The notes below the pieces were generated by a model that was given only the letters and a program-made list of their open reading frames with translations, had not been told where the DNA came from and did not search any database. 64,000 nucleotides of DNA from positions 26,042,001-26,106,000 of the forward strand of contig CM119372.1 of NCBI GenBank assembly GCA_051294905.1, given 5' to 3'. Positions 13,326-25,249 of the stretch are shown one piece after another. The stretch is from Botryllus schlosseri. Its lineage: Eukaryota. The translations under genes and the position numbers were made by a program. Positions within the stretch are counted from its first letter, which is position 1. Every line of letters starts with the position of its first letter.

Positions 13326-14672
13326 CAGTGGTTCTCAACCTTTTTTGACACGCGCCCCCCTTGGAGATGGTCAAAAAAATCACGCCCCCCCTGACCCCCT
13401 TGCATTTATCGTCATGTCATAAAGTGCACATCATCTAATACAGAGATGGGCAACGTGTTTGATAATCATGGCCGCATTTCGATTGCTTATGTAGCGTAAG
13501 GCCGCATTCCAGGGCATAGCCGCAATGAACGATCTGGACGCAAAATTCCTATGGTAAACTGTCCATATCCATTCCCGGTGAACTCCGGACTATTCTACTT
13601 TTCACATTGGCCTATTGTACGCACCGAAATCGCGTGTGGCAATGTTATGAATAATTGCCGGGAGGTGCACATTGCGAAAATTTTTCAGGCCCGCGAACGA
13701 ATTGTTATTTCTTGCCAATTCCCATTCCGGCTCAGATTAAGAAGGGCGGTACTGCATTAAAATCGAAAAATGAAGTCTTGTTGAATTGCGCGGAGGGCGA
13801 AGAAAATGTCAAGATTAATTAAAATCTCTCGAAAATGCGGGAGTGAATTCGTAATTGCAATTTGCATGTCTACGGCCGCCAACACATACTAATTGAATTA
13901 GGCGTCGACGGCCGCTCAAATTCCTTTCTACGGCCGCAGGCTGCCCACCGCTGAGTATACATAAGGTAGATCTTACGCCAATTTTGAATCTGCATTCCAG
14001 TTGTTGAGTCTTTTACATTGCTGACAAATTTCTCCAAACTTGTTTGAAAATAACAAAAAAACATTGAACAAAACATTCATTAATTAATTTCAAGGTAGGT
14101 CACCATGAGACTAATCCTGATGCTGGTAGTGAGTACAGAGAGCAAGGCGTCGTTCTGTCCCGCCAGGCTAAATTTGATCAGTTTTGTAAATTAATTAAAT
14201 TGTGTTGATTTTTAGCCTAATTGAGGGCGAAACCGCGCAACCTATGTTGTATATAAATCTGTCTTGGGCAGTGCAGTTCGCAAGCTACTAACAAGAGCTG
14301 CCCAGCGCGACAAGCTTTAGGCTACTGTCAAAGCTATGAAGTAATGAATGACTTAGACGTGGGAATTGCTCTCTATATCTCCAAAGAATATCAAAATTTT
14401 ACTCAAATGAAGTTGAAATCAGACTATACTCCGTTGAGCGCGGTTGCTAGAGTTTGTATTTTGCAAGCTTTCTTGAATATGGAATAAATTTCATCTTCAT
14501 TAATCGTCTTCTCATAATGGATGTGAAACACATGTTCAGACACGTGAAATTTATACTGACCTTGTCAATTTCTCGCGCCCCCCCTATACTGACTTCGTCA
14601 ATTTCTCGCGCCCCCCCTGAGAGCCTCCCACGCCCCCCAAGGGGGGCGCGCCCCCCAGGTTGAGAACCCCTG
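13326..14672. mobile_element. hAT (Buster/Charlie-like) MITE
   Basis: CAGTGGTTCTCAACC / GGTTGAGAACCCCTG; TSD ATCTAAAG on both sides; CGCCCCCC subterminal repeats. Confidence 0.85.
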
Positions 14673-16113
14673 ATCTAAAGTAAAAATTTTATTCACGCTT
14701 CGCGCAATATGTTGGCACACGATTTCTTGCTTTTAATATTGTTACTTACCCTCTCCTGAAAATGAAAAAAAAGCCTAATGTACCAGATTGAGTCAAGGTA
14801 TATTCGCAATTACGAGAGAAACTGTCGTCCAACATGCGGCCTTGCGTTTTCGCTCGTAGAAAGGCCGTCGACGATGAAACAAAGGCACAAAATGATTGAC
14901 GCACGTTGGCCGAAGCTTTCGATATCGATATGTCCAGGCGCCGAATAGCCCTGTCCTTGCAAACGCAGCCCAGCGATTTACAGCAGACCCGGAATATACT
15001 CAAGTAACAATATTATTGACCTATTAACTTTGGAAAATTTTCGCGATTGGCGCGGCTAGTGGCCCGCGCAACGTTTGGTCTATTGCAGGGGCGGGCAACA
15101 TACGGCCCGCGAAGGGATTTTGTCCGGCCCGCGGACAGTTTTCCGTCTTACATGATAATGTGGCCCGTGGCCCCTATCTGCCGATATTCCCCACTACTTG
15201 CTAACTAGGTCAAATTTTAGTGACTGTATGTTATTATGTACGCATGTGCGCAGCGTGCGAGAGTAGAGCTTACGAGTAAGTTGGTCGAAGCGAGAACTTG
15301 CATTATCGGCATTTACGATGTACTCAACCTTAATGTCGTTTGTGGTAATCATGCTGTATGCAGACTGCAATGGTCATTTACACCAGGCTGATATTTCTTA
15401 TTTTTGATTCCGTAACCGCCGACTTGTAGCACGGCACACTTCCAGGGTTTTGCAAGACACCGCTTATGCCAGGGTCGCCAACTTAAAACGGGTCACGGGC
15501 CACTTTTCAAAATTCGTAGAGGACGCGGGTCGCATGAATTCAATATCGAAATTAATTAGGCCACACATTTGAACAACGATGCTATTTATCGTCACCTACT
15601 CAACCCTAATGAATTGATATCAAGGTAAATTTAGGGCAACGGGCTTACGAACGCATTGAAATCTTAAATAGGGATTGCACCGCGAGTTGATTGATCAGAG
15701 AGCAGACATGGCGGTGCCTGTATGCAGTGGTCGGGAATCTTTTTGTCCGAAGAGCCATATTGGCCTTATTTCTTTCCATTTTACCTCCCAAAGACCCATA
15801 CATGTCGATCAGATATTACGTCACAATTGAAATTTTCTGACGTCATGGTAGTATTAATTCGAACTCGTCTACTTATCATGCTGGTTGCCTTACTTGAGCA
15901 TGCGAAACTTGAGTTACGAGAACGTAGGTTCGCCGTGATGCTCCTTTTAAATGCGAGAACCTATGATCACATGCGTATGCGACTATGCGTTGGTGGAGTC
16001 AAACATGGTCACTACGGCAATCTATAAATAGGCCTACCCAATCTAAGCTGTTAACGAAGATTTTGAAACCTTCAATTAGTATTCAATTAAATAGTATATT
16101 CATATTGAAATGA

Positions 16114-16157
16114 ACCCGAATATTTTCGGCTGACACTCGTCAGGGGTAATCGTCAGC
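16114..16157 (-). ncRNA. Minimal type I hammerhead ribozyme (mirror copy)
   Basis: Reverse complement of 16530-16573. Confidence 0.75.
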
Positions 16158-16529
16158 AACTAGTAGAGAATTGGAAAGAACATTGTATATCAACAATCGT
16201 ATCACAAAATATGACGTCACCAGCAAGAAATTTCGAATGAGAGAGCGTTCAATGTACTATTTTTAGGTGATACACGAACTCCTTTTGTTGACAGAGTTTT
16301 GGTTGGTGTATTTTGATAAAAGTTGATTCCAAGGCACACAAATGGAATTGTGCCTTGGAATCAACTTTTATCAAAATACACCAACCAAAACTCTGTCAAC
16401 AAAAGGAGTTCGTGTATCACCTAAAAATAGTACATTGAACGCTCTCTCATTCGAAATTTCTTGCTGGTGACGTCATATTTTGTGATACGATTGTTGATAT
16501 ACAATGTTCTTTCCAATTCTCTACTAGTT

Positions 16530-16573
16530 GCTGACGATTACCCCTGACGAGTGTCAGCCGAAAATATTCGGGT
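16530..16573 (+). ncRNA. Minimal type I hammerhead ribozyme
   Basis: GCTGAC-gatt-ACCC-CTGACGA-G-tGTCAGC-C-GAAA-ATAT-TC-GGGT: intact core, stem I ACCC/GGGT, palindromic stem III AATATT, 5' flank GCTGAC pairs with loop II GTCAGC; predicted cut after C16569. Confidence 0.8.
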
Positions 16574-19548
16574 TCATTTCAATATGAATATACTATTTAA
16601 TTGTATATTGAAGTTCTGTACCTCCACGAAGCTCTTCAATTAGTATTGGTATTTTCTATTGATGTTCATTGTTCATGAATGACTAGATTTGGAACATTTT
16701 TCTCCCAAATTCCCACAATTTGCATTTTATTGATCGGAAATAAAGCGCGAAACGAGAGGTAAAGGCACAGACGGGCCAAGCCTCACCATTGATAACGCAC
16801 GCAATTCATCGTAAATAGCTTAGAATTTATTATAACTGATATTAATCCAATGTAACTGTGGCACTGATTCCGAATATTCAAACACTGATCGACTTCTCAA
16901 TTCTCAAAGTATTTAGCCGTAACATATAACGTTGCGCTACACGCCTTCATTGCCAACCAAGAAAGTAGATAGCTATGGCGTTGTTTGTAAATTGAGTTTG
17001 TAATTGGGAATGTCACGTCCACGGCAGTTCATTTCGCGCCGTAGATCAGGAAGACAAAGTGTATTTTAAAACTGTGTTGTCATATTGGTGTCGCCATGTC
17101 TGCTGTTCTCTTTGATCAACCACTGTAACGAGCAATCCAAGATTTTGAGTCGGGTAGGCTACATTGAATTCGCGGGTGATATTGGTCGACAGCGCGACAG
17201 TGACGTAAATTTGAGGATTTTGAAAGGAGTTCGAGCCCCTTAACCAGAGGACGACGTTGCCTTTACCTCTCGAAGACATGTTTATACTGCCACGGGAATA
17301 ATTATTTTGATCGTGATGAAAATTTACTAACAAGTCGCTGCAACATTGACCAATTCAGTACAAAAATATTTGGCAATGAGCCATATCTTATCACCAAAAG
17401 AGCCATGTTTGGCTCGCGAGCCATAGGTTCCCGACCACTGCTGTATGGCAATGCTATATTCTCAAATACACATTGTCTTCCTCATTATCGGCGAGAAATA
17501 ACTTTGACGTGACATTGCTGTCGTTAAAATACATTCATTGAATACGATTTATTCCTTGTACATGTGATTGGCGAATAATGATGTATATCGATACAGCAAT
17601 CCGGCCCGCCAAGTACTGTATTTTCCTATATCCGGCCCGCCGACTGGAGAAGTTGCCCGCCCCTGGTCTATTGCATGAGGCCCTTGGGCGGAAAAGGTTG
17701 GCCACCCCAGGCCTAGGCCTAGGCCATGCAGAAAGTCAACAAATTGTGCTTAGTCAACTACCCAATTGTTCACATCAACGAAATTGATATACTGGGAATG
17801 CATCGATATTTAATGTATATAAACTATCAGTCGCGCGGAATCTATCTACGGAATCTATATGCGTATTGGATCATAAAAACCGAATCCGTCCGATTGCGCG
17901 TCACCATGTCTGCTATTCTTTTTGATCAATCAACGTATGGTACAATCCAAGATTTAGCTGCGCGTGATACCGGGTACATCAAATTCGTGAGAGATATTCG
18001 TCACTGGCGCGAAAGCAACTTGAATTTGAGGATTTGGAAAAGGGGTTCCGAGCCCCTAACCCTGGATACGCCAGTGTCTTGACCAATCAAAGACATGCTA
18101 ATGCTGCCACGAAAATAATTAATGTGGCCGTTAAGAAAATTTACCAACATGATGCTGCAATATTGATAAACTAACTGCAAAATTGGAAATTTGTCAAAGA
18201 GCCATGTCTTATACCCAAAAGAGTCATATATGGCTCGCAAGCCATAGGTTCCCGACCAATGTGTACAATAATATAGTACTTCTGTGAAATGTAGGGTCAT
18301 AATTAACAATATGACGTCGTGGAGTGACGTCATAGGCTTGTGTTCACGTTCTCGTTCACACGAAACAGAACGTTTTAGGGGTTTGCACCATCCCTAATAT
18401 TGACCCCTATTACATTTGATTCCTTCGCATATGATACGTACAAAATTCACATGGCAAAGGATATATATATATATGTAAACAGATACTATATAGCAACTTT
18501 ATTCAGTGCCAGACTCGATAAGAATTCTCAAAAAGATACATATCATCAGTGCTAGCGATCCATTGCTCTATTTCAAGCGAGGATAATTAACTATTATATA
18601 TTTGCACTCGCACAAAATAATCGACTACAATAAAAGAAACGGAAAACAAACGGTCGAAAGTGCAACATATATATAGAGATTTGACGCCCATCGTACGTAA
18701 TTTCTCTATGGATGTGTTACGTCAACGGCGCAGGAACTATTTTGTTCTTGGCACATATAATTGGTCGCTGATATCGGAAATTTTGTAGCACAGTGCTACC
18801 ATTCGTGTTTCTGCATTCGATGTTAATATCAAACATAACGAGCATTGTACTGTGTCCTTCGTTGATATATTCCTTACAGTCTTCAACTTGAGAAGCGTAG
18901 CCATGAGCTATTCTACTTGAGATTGGTGTGTTTGCTGAAGACCGGCATACAATCACATCTACAAAGGGGTTTTTGGACATAAGCAGCTTGTTATACCACT
19001 GTAAATAGTAGCTGAGTAAACATAGATCACATGCACAGCACGTGACCTATTAAGAAGTCTGTCAGATTGCAATATCCAATGCTAACCATCTTTAACTGGT
19101 GTAGTTCACAGATAGCCAAAGCAGTGAAAGGTTGCTAATTGTTGCTTGTAGTAAGAACGGAGCACCAATATTTTTGAAAATAGTCAGCGGAGTAGTCAGA
19201 GGCACAATGCGAATCTTATGTAATGCGGATTGACCGTTTCCCTGGGTATTTTGCGATAAATTGAATTAAAAGTTTAGGGAAACAAAAAGCACAACATGTT
19301 GACTGATACAAAAATGAAAGTCACGACATCTTTCTGTCGGCGCGCATCAGATGGCCGGAAAAGTTTGTGCCGTTCCCTGCATTTCGGCCCGCTTGTCGTA
19401 TTATCTTCTAACTCTCTTGCGACTCCTCTAGTGATTTAATATACTGTTCGTACTCTTCCATGCTCCTCTGCCACCGTTGGACTTGCTCTTCGTATTTTCT
19501 AAGAAATTAAGTAATCATGAGTTGCCCAACAGACCAATATCAGACCAC

Positions 19549-21734
19549 CAGAGGGGGTCAGTAACGAAGTACTTTTACTTTTTCGAAGTACTCAAGTAGT
19601 TTTCCTCTATTTCTGGTACTTACTCAAGTATATCCTTTTTACCTACTTCTACTTCTACTTCGTAATATTTTCTGAACTACTTACTTACTTTTCGCTATTA
19701 TCAGTTTGTCAAGTAGAAGTAGTTTAATCCTCCAATAAGAAAGGTAGCCTAAGAAATTTCGGGGCCGTTTTCACGTAGTACCAACATTTAATTTTCATAA
19801 AAGTCACGTAATACCCAGAATTTACGTTGCGCTTCGCGCACAGTACATATGGAGTAACAAATATGTTCTAACTAAAGCATCACTGAATATAATTTAGAAA
19901 CCGGGTTGCGTGGTTCCGTTCACATCGCATTGTCGCCTATATCAAATATTTCATCACAGTAAGTATGGCCCCCCATAACGTTTGAAACTACCGATTAGCA
20001 ATCAAGCAATTTCCTATTATACCTAGCAGCCCATGACGTGTCCTAATCTGGAAAAGCGGACTTTGAATTTTTTGACGTTAAACCTGTTTTAGCAGACCAC
20101 CGTTGAAACTTTCTGGACAAGAGACATGAAATATATTTTCCGCATTTTAGAAATAGTATTTGTATTTTTCTTTCAATTACGAGTATTATACGTTGAGCTC
20201 TAATTATAGTTTCAGTTCATTTGTCTGGAGAACATACATGTTGAAGTATAAAAGAAAGTGTAGTAGTGCCATACATTTTTCGAAAATAAAGCTATACACT
20301 ATATGGCAGTGGTCGGGAACTTTTTTGCCCGAAGAGCCGCCACATTGGCCCTATTTCTTCCGTCTCAACTCTCAAAGAGCCATACATTTTATTCAACTAT
20401 TACGTCACAATTGAAAATTCGTGACGTCATGGTAGCACTAATTCAAACTCGCTACATGGGATTCCTCGCGTGCGCCATATTTTCTCTGTAAAAACTGGTA
20501 TTTACTGTTCGAAAATAAAACTCGAAACGAGAGGTAAGGCACGGACCGGCCAAGCCTCACCATTGATAACGCAATTCATCGTAAGTCGCTTAGAATTTAT
20601 TATAACTGATTAATCGAATGTGACTATCACACTGATTGCGAAAATCTAAATACTTATCGACTTCTCAATTCTCACAGTATTCGGCGGTAACATAACGTTG
20701 CGCTACACGCATACATTTTATCGTCGTTACTACACAGAGCTATACTTACAAATCAGCTATGGCGTTGTTTGTAATTCGAGTTTGTAATTGTGAATGTAAC
20801 ATCCACAACAGTTCATTTCGCGCCGTATATAAAGAAGACAATGTCTGTTTGAAAACTGCGTTTCGAAATGGGCGTCGCAACGTCTGCTATGCTCTTCGAT
20901 TAATCAACGTATGTCGCACAATTCAAGATTTCGAGTCGGGTACATAGAATTCGTCAGTGATATTGGCCGCCGGCGTGACATCAACTTAAATTTGATGATA
21001 TTGAAAAGAGAGGGGCCGAGCCCCTAAACCTGAAGACGGCATTGTCTTAACCTCTCAAAGACATGTTTATACTGCCACGAGAATAATTATTCTGGCCGTG
21101 ATGAAAATTTACCAACAAGTCGCTGCAATATTAATCAATTCAGTACAATAATGAATATTTGGCAAAGAGCCATATCTTATACCCAAAAGAGCCATATATG
21201 GCTCGCGAGCCATAGGTTCCCGACCACTGCTATGTGGCATTTTTACGATCTGCCACATTTCTCATTAACGTATACTAATTGCGCAAATTGTTAAAGCCGT
21301 ATCCGACACAACTTCTCCGTATTGCTCTTCGACTGAAGTAGGGGCCTTAGAATATGGGGGAGGGCACCATGCCATGATATTATCTAAAACGGGGTGTTCG
21401 AGTAAACAAAGGATAAGTATCGCATTTCCACATCAATACTATCATTTACATCCCATGATGTGGACGACTGCTTATGCATCAATATGAATCAAGCCCTCTA
21501 CACCTTGCGCATAGCCCCATTTGCAGCTTCTGACTGTCCATGCGACTGAATTACGATCGTTTTCACAACTACTTACTTACTTGAGTAGATTTAAAGTCAG
21601 TCAATTCTACTTCTACTTCAAGCAGTTTTAGGTTGCTTATGAAAGAAGTAGTTCTACTCGTACTTGAGTAGATTTTTTCGTCGCTACTTCTACTTGTACT
21701 TGAGTAGATTTCTTGACTACTTTGACCCCCTCTG
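19549..21734. mobile_element. hAT MITE family M2 (AGTAGA/TACTT repeats)
   Basis: CAGAGGGGGTC / GACCCCCTCTG; TSD CAGACCAC on both sides. Confidence 0.9.
20307..21229. mobile_element. hAT MITE nested in M2
   Basis: CAGTGGTCGGGAAC / GTTCCCGACCACTG; TSD CTATATGG/CTATGTGG; the empty site is visible near 38112 in the other M2 copy. Confidence 0.85.
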
Positions 21735-23707
21735 CAGACCACAGACAAAACCACAAACATCAAAAATGAACCAGCGCGGACGTGTTAAATAATGATGAGT
21801 TGCAATGAGCAAAAGTCTGGGATGCTATTTTTTCTGTAGACGGGTGTTAGTTGAAAGAGAAATCTCAGTTCACAGTAATATCTACAAAAATGTATACGCA
21901 AATGTGGCTCATATTGAACACAATATCCTCACGTGACCACCACAGTTCACGCGTGTCCAACAACACCGATGGTCTCAATATGATATCCTTAACAACTCTG
22001 GTAAACACTACTGTACATGAACTGAACATCCTAGTACAATGTTCTTTAGTAAATTAGAGAGATAAATATAGATTACTAACCTCCGTGGATATGTAATCGG
22101 TTGCTAAATACGAACTAGCCATTATGCTGCACACATAACCGACGAGCGAGCCGTTTCTCGCACACAGTGCGAGATCATCATAAAAGACTTCCTGATTTCA
22201 AAAAACTAATTAATTCCCAATTCCCACTTTTAATAAACTTTCAATTTATATATTCCGTATGTGATGTGGTGGTAAGTTTGCAGTATTTTCTATTACATGT
22301 TGTATTCTGTGACCGCATGGTGACATGTGAAATTTGAAGATTTACGAGACGGTGTGCGACATGCAAGTCCTGAGCTCAACTTATTTATGATAGCAAAGTT
22401 TTAAAGCACTTTATATCATATCAGCTACACAAACGCTAGTATTTCTAATATCTATATAGGGTTGAGAAAAATCGCAACATAGGGCATCCCCCAGATTCGG
22501 CATTTGTTTCCGACACGTACTACTAATACGTTCACGCAATTGTCAGAAAATTCAACGAGGTTCAACTTTATCAAGGTTTAGGAAGGCATATAGTGTAACT
22601 GAAAACTTAGAATCCATAAACGTCTGCTCTCCCTAATATGGAGTATACCCTATTATCAGAAGTATTGTTATCGATTTACATAAACAACCCGTGACCCATT
22701 TGAAAATGGCATGATACAAAGTTTTAAAAGTTTTACGGTATATATAGTCGATATGCATAAGAGCAGGTACATCCATATCCGAACAATAAACCACACGATA
22801 GTAACTTAAATATTTGGAGAATTAAAATTGACTCCAAATCGGAAAATCTGAGATGACGCGACTTGTCTAATTTTTTGCACTTGCGTGACTCGAATGTAGT
22901 GACTTGATTCAAGCAGGTTCATATAGATGGTGAATTTTTAGTGACTTAGATTCGTTTTATTGGGCGTACATATACATGACTGTCATGAATTCATAAAATT
23001 GTTCTAACAACCGCCCGGAGCTATATTTAAGGATGCATATCTACGGCTTACTTCATTTTTTCATTCCAGTGATCGTACGTCGCCTTATTTTGCTTGTAGC
23101 AGATATCATTTTCGTCAAACGTTATCTCCATATCTGAAAATAGATTGAATGATTGAGACCAATGTTATTGTGTCCATATATAGAATCCACGCCCAAGACA
23201 AGGCGAGAAAAAGATTTTTAAAACTCATTTTCATGGAAACGCCAATATATTTGCGCTTCATTATCATATATTATGACTCATGCTGAGCATAAGTTCATTT
23301 ATAATAGATTTCTGCTGGAAATCGCAACTATCTTCAGCTAGAGAGACAATCTGACGTTTCATCTTCGTCAGCCAAACAGTCATCGATTCAGTAAGGGTTT
23401 TATCATTTCCAATTGTCATAAATCGCTACATAAATCGGACTTCAAACATAGCCTCCAATTTGTGCACACTATACTGAAAAAATGTGTACGTTTGCACAAT
23501 GATGAAATCAAATGGCTCCAGCCTACAGCCACGAGTCGTGGCGCAGAACCATTAGATGGCGGATACGATTTAAAAAGTTAGTCATCGGGAGTTAGACCTT
23601 ACGTCGCACATCGCGCAGAAGAGTCGCAACAACATTTGGCAGCCATCGCGACCATATTAATGAAGTGATGAAGCTGTATACTATTCATATATGTGCTACC
23701 TATACGG

Positions 23708-25249
23708 CAAGAGCGTGTAACTTTCGCAGTCCGCGGGCCGGATACAGGAAAATTAAGTACTTGGCGGGCCGGATTGCTGAATCGATACAATATTTGCCCA
23801 TTTATCCACATAATACAAGGAATAAATCGTATTTAATGAACGTCTTTTAACGACAGCAATGTCACATCACAGCCATTTCTCGCTGATAATGACGAAGACA
23901 ATGTGGATTTGAGAATAGCGTTGTCATACAGGCGCCACCATGTCTGGTTCTCTGTGATCAATCAACACACGGTGCAATCCTTAATTAAGATTTCAAGACG
24001 TTCGATAAATCCCGTACCCCAAATTTACAAAGATATCAATTCACTAGGGTTGAGTAGGTGACGAGATAGCGTCGCGTTCAACTGTGTGTCCTAATTAATC
24101 TCGATATTGAATTCATGCGGCCTGCGTCCTATACGAAATTTGAATAGTGGCCCGCGACCCATTTTGAGTTGGCAACCACTGGCATAAGCGGTGCCTTAGA
24201 AAAGCCTAGAAGTGTGCCGTGCTACATGTCGGCAGGCAGTTACGGAATCAAAAATAAGAAATATCAGCCTGGTGTAAATGACCATTGCAGTCGACAAACA
24301 CCATGATCACTAGGGCTCTTCAGAAATGACTTTTTTCTCAAATCATACTGGCTACTTGATAAAATTGTTAGATTACCTATTTTAAGCCTACACACAAAAT
24401 CTGGTTCAATTCCAGCCAGTAACCGCTTTGCTACAGGAGAAGAAAGTTTCTATTTATTATATAAAAATAAATAATAAAAATTTGAAAATTTTTTGTTCAC
24501 CCCATGAAAGTGTTAGGCTGTCTATAGAAACGATGCTCACCAAATTTGGTTCAATTCCAACCAGTGGAAGCGGAGTTATTGCCGTCGAAAAATTTGGATT
24601 TGAATAAAATAGTATTTACGGTGACCGATTCTTTGTTTATTTATTATAGTTGTGCTCACCGTAAATACTATTTTATTCAAATCCAAATTTTTCGACGGCA
24701 ATAACTCCGCTTTCACTGATTGGAATTGAACCAAATTTGGTGAGCATCGTTTCTATAGACAGCCTAACACTTTCATGGGGTGAACAGAAAATTAAAAAAA
24801 AAATTATTATTCATTTTTATATAATAAATAGAAACTTACTTCCCCCGTAGCAGCAAAGCGGTTACTGGCTGGAATTGAACCAAATTTTGTGTGTAGGCTT
24901 AAATTAGGTAACCTAACAATTTTATCAAGTAGCCAGTACGATTTGAGAAAAAAGTCATTTTTGAAGAGCCCTAATGATCACCACAAACGACATTCGGGTT
25001 AAGTACATCGTAAATGCCGATAATATAAGTCTTCTGTCTTCGACGAACTTACGCGTAATCTCCACTCTCGCACGCTGCGCAGTGCGCATACATGTATATA
25101 ATAACATACAGTCACTAAAATTGGACCTAGTAAGCAAGTAGTAGGGAATCTCGTCGGACATGGGCCGCGGGCCACTTTATGATGTAAGACGAAAAACAGT
25201 CCGCGGGCCGGACAAAATCTCTTCGCGGGCCGTATGTTGCCCGCCCCTG
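23708..25249. mobile_element. Composite hAT MITE (inverted sister of 15086-17665)
   Basis: TSD CTATACGG at 23700-23707 and 25250-25257; right end GTTGCCCGCCCCTG. Confidence 0.8.
24311..24973. mobile_element. Fold-back (fully palindromic) MITE
   Basis: ~315-bp imperfect arms around a loop at 24625-24655; termini TAGGGCTCTTCA / TGAAGAGCCCTA; TSD ATGATCAC. Confidence 0.85.

Larger units (their letters stand above)
16084..16633. mobile_element. Penelope-like element: inverted pair of 3' ends (pLTRs) plus 30-nt tail
   Basis: Arms 16084-16338 and 16349-16603 are reverse complements. The right arm encodes CALESTFIKIHQPKLCQQKEFVYHLKIVH* (GIY-YIG C-terminus, cf. 31539-31877). 14-bp TSD CTTCAATTAGTATT at 16070-16083 and 16634-16647. 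Confidence 0.85.
15725..17440. mobile_element. hAT MITE (GAGCCA-repeat family) hosting the Penelope palindrome
   Basis: CAGTGGTCGGGAA / TTCCCGACCACTG; flanks share CTGTATG; sister copy at 20307-21229. Confidence 0.8.
15086..17665. mobile_element. Composite hAT MITE
   Basis: CAGGGGCGGGCAAC / GTTGCCCGCCCCTG; TSD GTCTATTG; inverted sister copy at 23708-25249. Confidence 0.85.
12896..18396. mobile_element. M1 MITE expanded to 5.5 kb by nested insertions
   Basis: TAGGGATGGTGTGAAC...GCACCATCCCTA; TSD ATATTGAC at 12888-12895 and 18397-18404. Confidence 0.85.

Noticed and set aside
23345..23380. Hammerhead-like CTGACGA-agat-GAAA-cg-TC on the minus strand
   Set aside because: No stem I pairing, no G-C stem II closure and no Penelope context.
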